Positions 62,358 to 64,000 of a DNA stretch of 64,000 nt are shown here, one piece after another. The first letter of the stretch is position 1, and every line of letters begins with the position of its first letter. Position numbers and translations under genes: made by a program. The DNA comes from a virus (lineage: Duplodnaviria > Caudoviricetes), in IMG/VR virus record IMGVR_UViG_3300030104_005071, positions 1,343-65,342 of that record. One strand, given 5' to 3'. The notes under the pieces are model-generated. The model was not told the DNA's origin and ran no database searches. It worked only from the letters and a program-made list of their open reading frames with translations.

Positions 62358-62394
62358 GGTTGTTGAATAAAGAAGTGTGGGGTAATGTGGGTAT

Positions 62395-62934
62395 ATGGAA
62401 GACGATGTTGAGTTGCCCCGTGTGCCCGTTCCTGCTGCCGAAGGGTTGCAGGTGATACCGCGTACTGTGGTTCCAGCCGGTGAGGCTGAAGTGGTTGCTA
62501 TGCTTGCTGAACAAGCACGGTTCGATGGTAACGATCGGATGCGTGATGTAGCTAAACAGCTTTTAGGAGCTGGGTATACAGTAGCTACTGCTGCAAGACG
62601 TTTAGGAATCCGCCCAACAACTGTGTGGGGCTGGTCAAAAGAACCTGACTTTGTAGAGATTATCCAAGCTGGAGCCGAAAGGCGCAAGGATATACTTGGT
62701 GAAGGTTTACAGGAGGCTGCGGAAGCAGCACTTAGTGCGCTACTTGAAGTTGCAACTGATGTTGGAGCGCAACCTCGTGATAGAGTTAAAGCTTCAGAAG
62801 CTATTTTAGATCGATGTGGTATTACTCCCCAGTCTGAATCCTCAGAAACTCGGGTAGGTGTTACAGTAGATGTAGACTTTGATGAGAGATTAGCCAGGAT
62901 TGTTGCAGCGAGTGCATCATCGGGCTCTAAGTAG
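62395..62934 (+). CDS. Probable terminase small subunit (HTH)
   Basis: GYTVATAARRLGIRPTTVWGWSKEPDF...RVKASEAILDRCG. Confidence 0.7.
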   Translation: MEDDVELPRVPVPAAEGLQVIPRTVVPAGEAEVVAMLAEQARFDGNDRMRDVAKQLLGAGYTVATAARRLGIRPTTVWGWSKEPDFVEIIQAGAERRKDILGEGLQEAAEAALSALLEVATDVGAQPRDRVKASEAILDRCGITPQSESSETRVGVTVDVDFDERLARIVAASASSGSK

Positions 62935-62954
62935 TTGATTTCAAAGGAGAAATC

Positions 62955-63299
62955 ATGCACGGCAGCGCACCTAAACTATTGATCATTGCAAAACGCGAAG
63001 CTTTGGGCGATGAGATGGCTGACTTTAGCGGCGATTCGTACATCGACGCTAAGAAAAAAGCGATGAGTAGTGACGATCCACCGGATACAAAGTATTCGGA
63101 AGATCATCACGAGGCAATGAAGCAAATGGCTGACGAGTTGTACAAAGCATCTAAGCTGCACGCTGGTCAAGCAGATAAGCTGATGGAGATCTGCGAAGAA
63201 ATGTATAACGAGTCAGGCGATAAGGATGAATCGAAAGATGATAAGCCGCACAAGTCGTACGGCGATCATAATCCTTACGGATCACACAAGAACTATTAG
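62955..63299 (+). CDS. Hypothetical protein
   Basis: 114 aa, SD AAGGAG; ELYKASKLHAGQADKL. Confidence 0.65.
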   Translation: MHGSAPKLLIIAKREALGDEMADFSGDSYIDAKKKAMSSDDPPDTKYSEDHHEAMKQMADELYKASKLHAGQADKLMEICEEMYNESGDKDESKDDKPHKSYGDHNPYGSHKNY

Positions 63300-63302
63300 T
63301 AG

Positions 63303-63392
63303 TTAATCTCTGCGTGGATCTAACGCAGTGAAGTACGCTGCTGTAAAGAGTGTTGTGAGAATCATTAGTAGGGATACGTGAAAGAAAAACAT
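63303..63392 (-). CDS. 29-aa single-TM micro-protein (not in ORF track)
   Basis: MFFFHVSLLMILTTLFTAAYFTALDPRRD; SD AGGAG. Confidence 0.55.
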   Translation of the reverse strand: MFFFHVSLLMILTTLFTAAYFTALDPRRD

Positions 63393-63400
63393 GTTGTCTC

Positions 63401-63664
63401 CTAGAATGGTTTGAACGCGTCGTGAAGATCTATGCCCATTGCAGATACTTCTTCTCGAATCCTTTCGACCCGTCTCTCATGCAGAGCTATCAACTCCCCA
63501 CCCTCGTAGTCTTCGGGGGCGTTGAGCTTGGCGTCGTCTAGCCTAAGCAGAGCGTCGTAGTAACGTTGTCTTTTGGCTCGTCGGTCGAGCCAAGGAAAGA
63601 GGAAGAAGATGATTGCTGCATTGGTTGTAAGCATGAAGATGATGAGTGAGTAGAACCCGTCCAT
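63401..63664 (-). CDS. Single-TM hypothetical protein
   Basis: ATG 63664 with SD AAGGAG; N-terminal TM. Confidence 0.6.
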   Translation of the reverse strand: MDGFYSLIIFMLTTNAAIIFFLFPWLDRRAKRQRYYDALLRLDDAKLNAPEDYEGGELIALHERRVERIREEVSAMGIDLHDAFKPF

Positions 63665-63701
63665 GACGTTCTCCTTAAGGTTGAGGGGTTTCCCCCACGG
63701 C

Positions 63702-63989
63702 CTAAGCCGTGAGGGTTGTATCGATTTGGATGTCGCTGACTTCACCCACGTTGGTCATCCTTCCCCAGATATCGACGTAGTCGTCTGTGGGATTGTTGGA
63801 TACCTCTTTGACCTTCTTGACCCAGTGAGGTCCAACGTTGTTGGATGATGGTCGTCCTTCCCATTCTTTGACACCGAAGTGTCGGTCTGAGAAGAAGATT
63901 GGTTCGTTGTGCCAAGTCTCCTGAAGTCCGATTGAGAAGGTAGACATCTCATCGTTGATCCAAGGTCGCATGTGCCGTGGCATCTTCAT
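63702..63989 (-). CDS. Hypothetical protein
   Basis: 95 aa at the window edge. Confidence 0.5.
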   Translation of the reverse strand: MKMPRHMRPWINDEMSTFSIGLQETWHNEPIFFSDRHFGVKEWEGRPSSNNVGPHWVKKVKEVSNNPTDDYVDIWGRMTNVGEVSDIQIDTTLTA

Positions 63990-64000
63990 CGCGATGCGTC

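Overview
This window is 64 kb of a larger, apparently lytic, podovirus-like tailed dsDNA phage genome; it is truncated at the left end inside a probable scaffold gene, and no integrase is visible. Layout: (i) 1-8.4 kb, minus strand: packaging operon (TerL, portal, cluster of small basic proteins, probable scaffold). (ii) 8.6-40.1 kb, plus strand: virion operon (major capsid, decoration protein, adaptor, nozzle, ejection proteins including a 2,590-aa lysozyme/GNAT polyvalent protein, fibre, beta-propeller, four-paralog array, lysis cassette). (iii) 41-54.5 kb: replication module (SNF2 helicase, Cas4-like nuclease, Sak4-like ATPase, SSB, UDG-fused family A DNA polymerase, NDT/TIR-like protein, orphan Rad50-like ATPase, tRNA-Leu, histone-like protein, DUF927 helicase). 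(iv) 54.5-62 kb, minus strand: early genes with their own promoter motif and a candidate small RNA. (v) An iteron-like array next to the probable TerS. The most unusual signal is the replisome. The PolA keeps its catalytic aspartates but has a remodelled nucleotide pocket (steric-gate Glu->His, motif B Asn->Arg and Gly->Trp, minor-groove Gln->Leu). It is fused to a degenerate UDG, followed by an NDT/TIR-like gene, and paired with a DUF927 helicase, with no primase visible in the window. The second strongest signal is a stand-alone ~75-nt RNA unit with an anti-Shine-Dalgarno loop. All family assignments come from motif recognition by eye, not from database searches.
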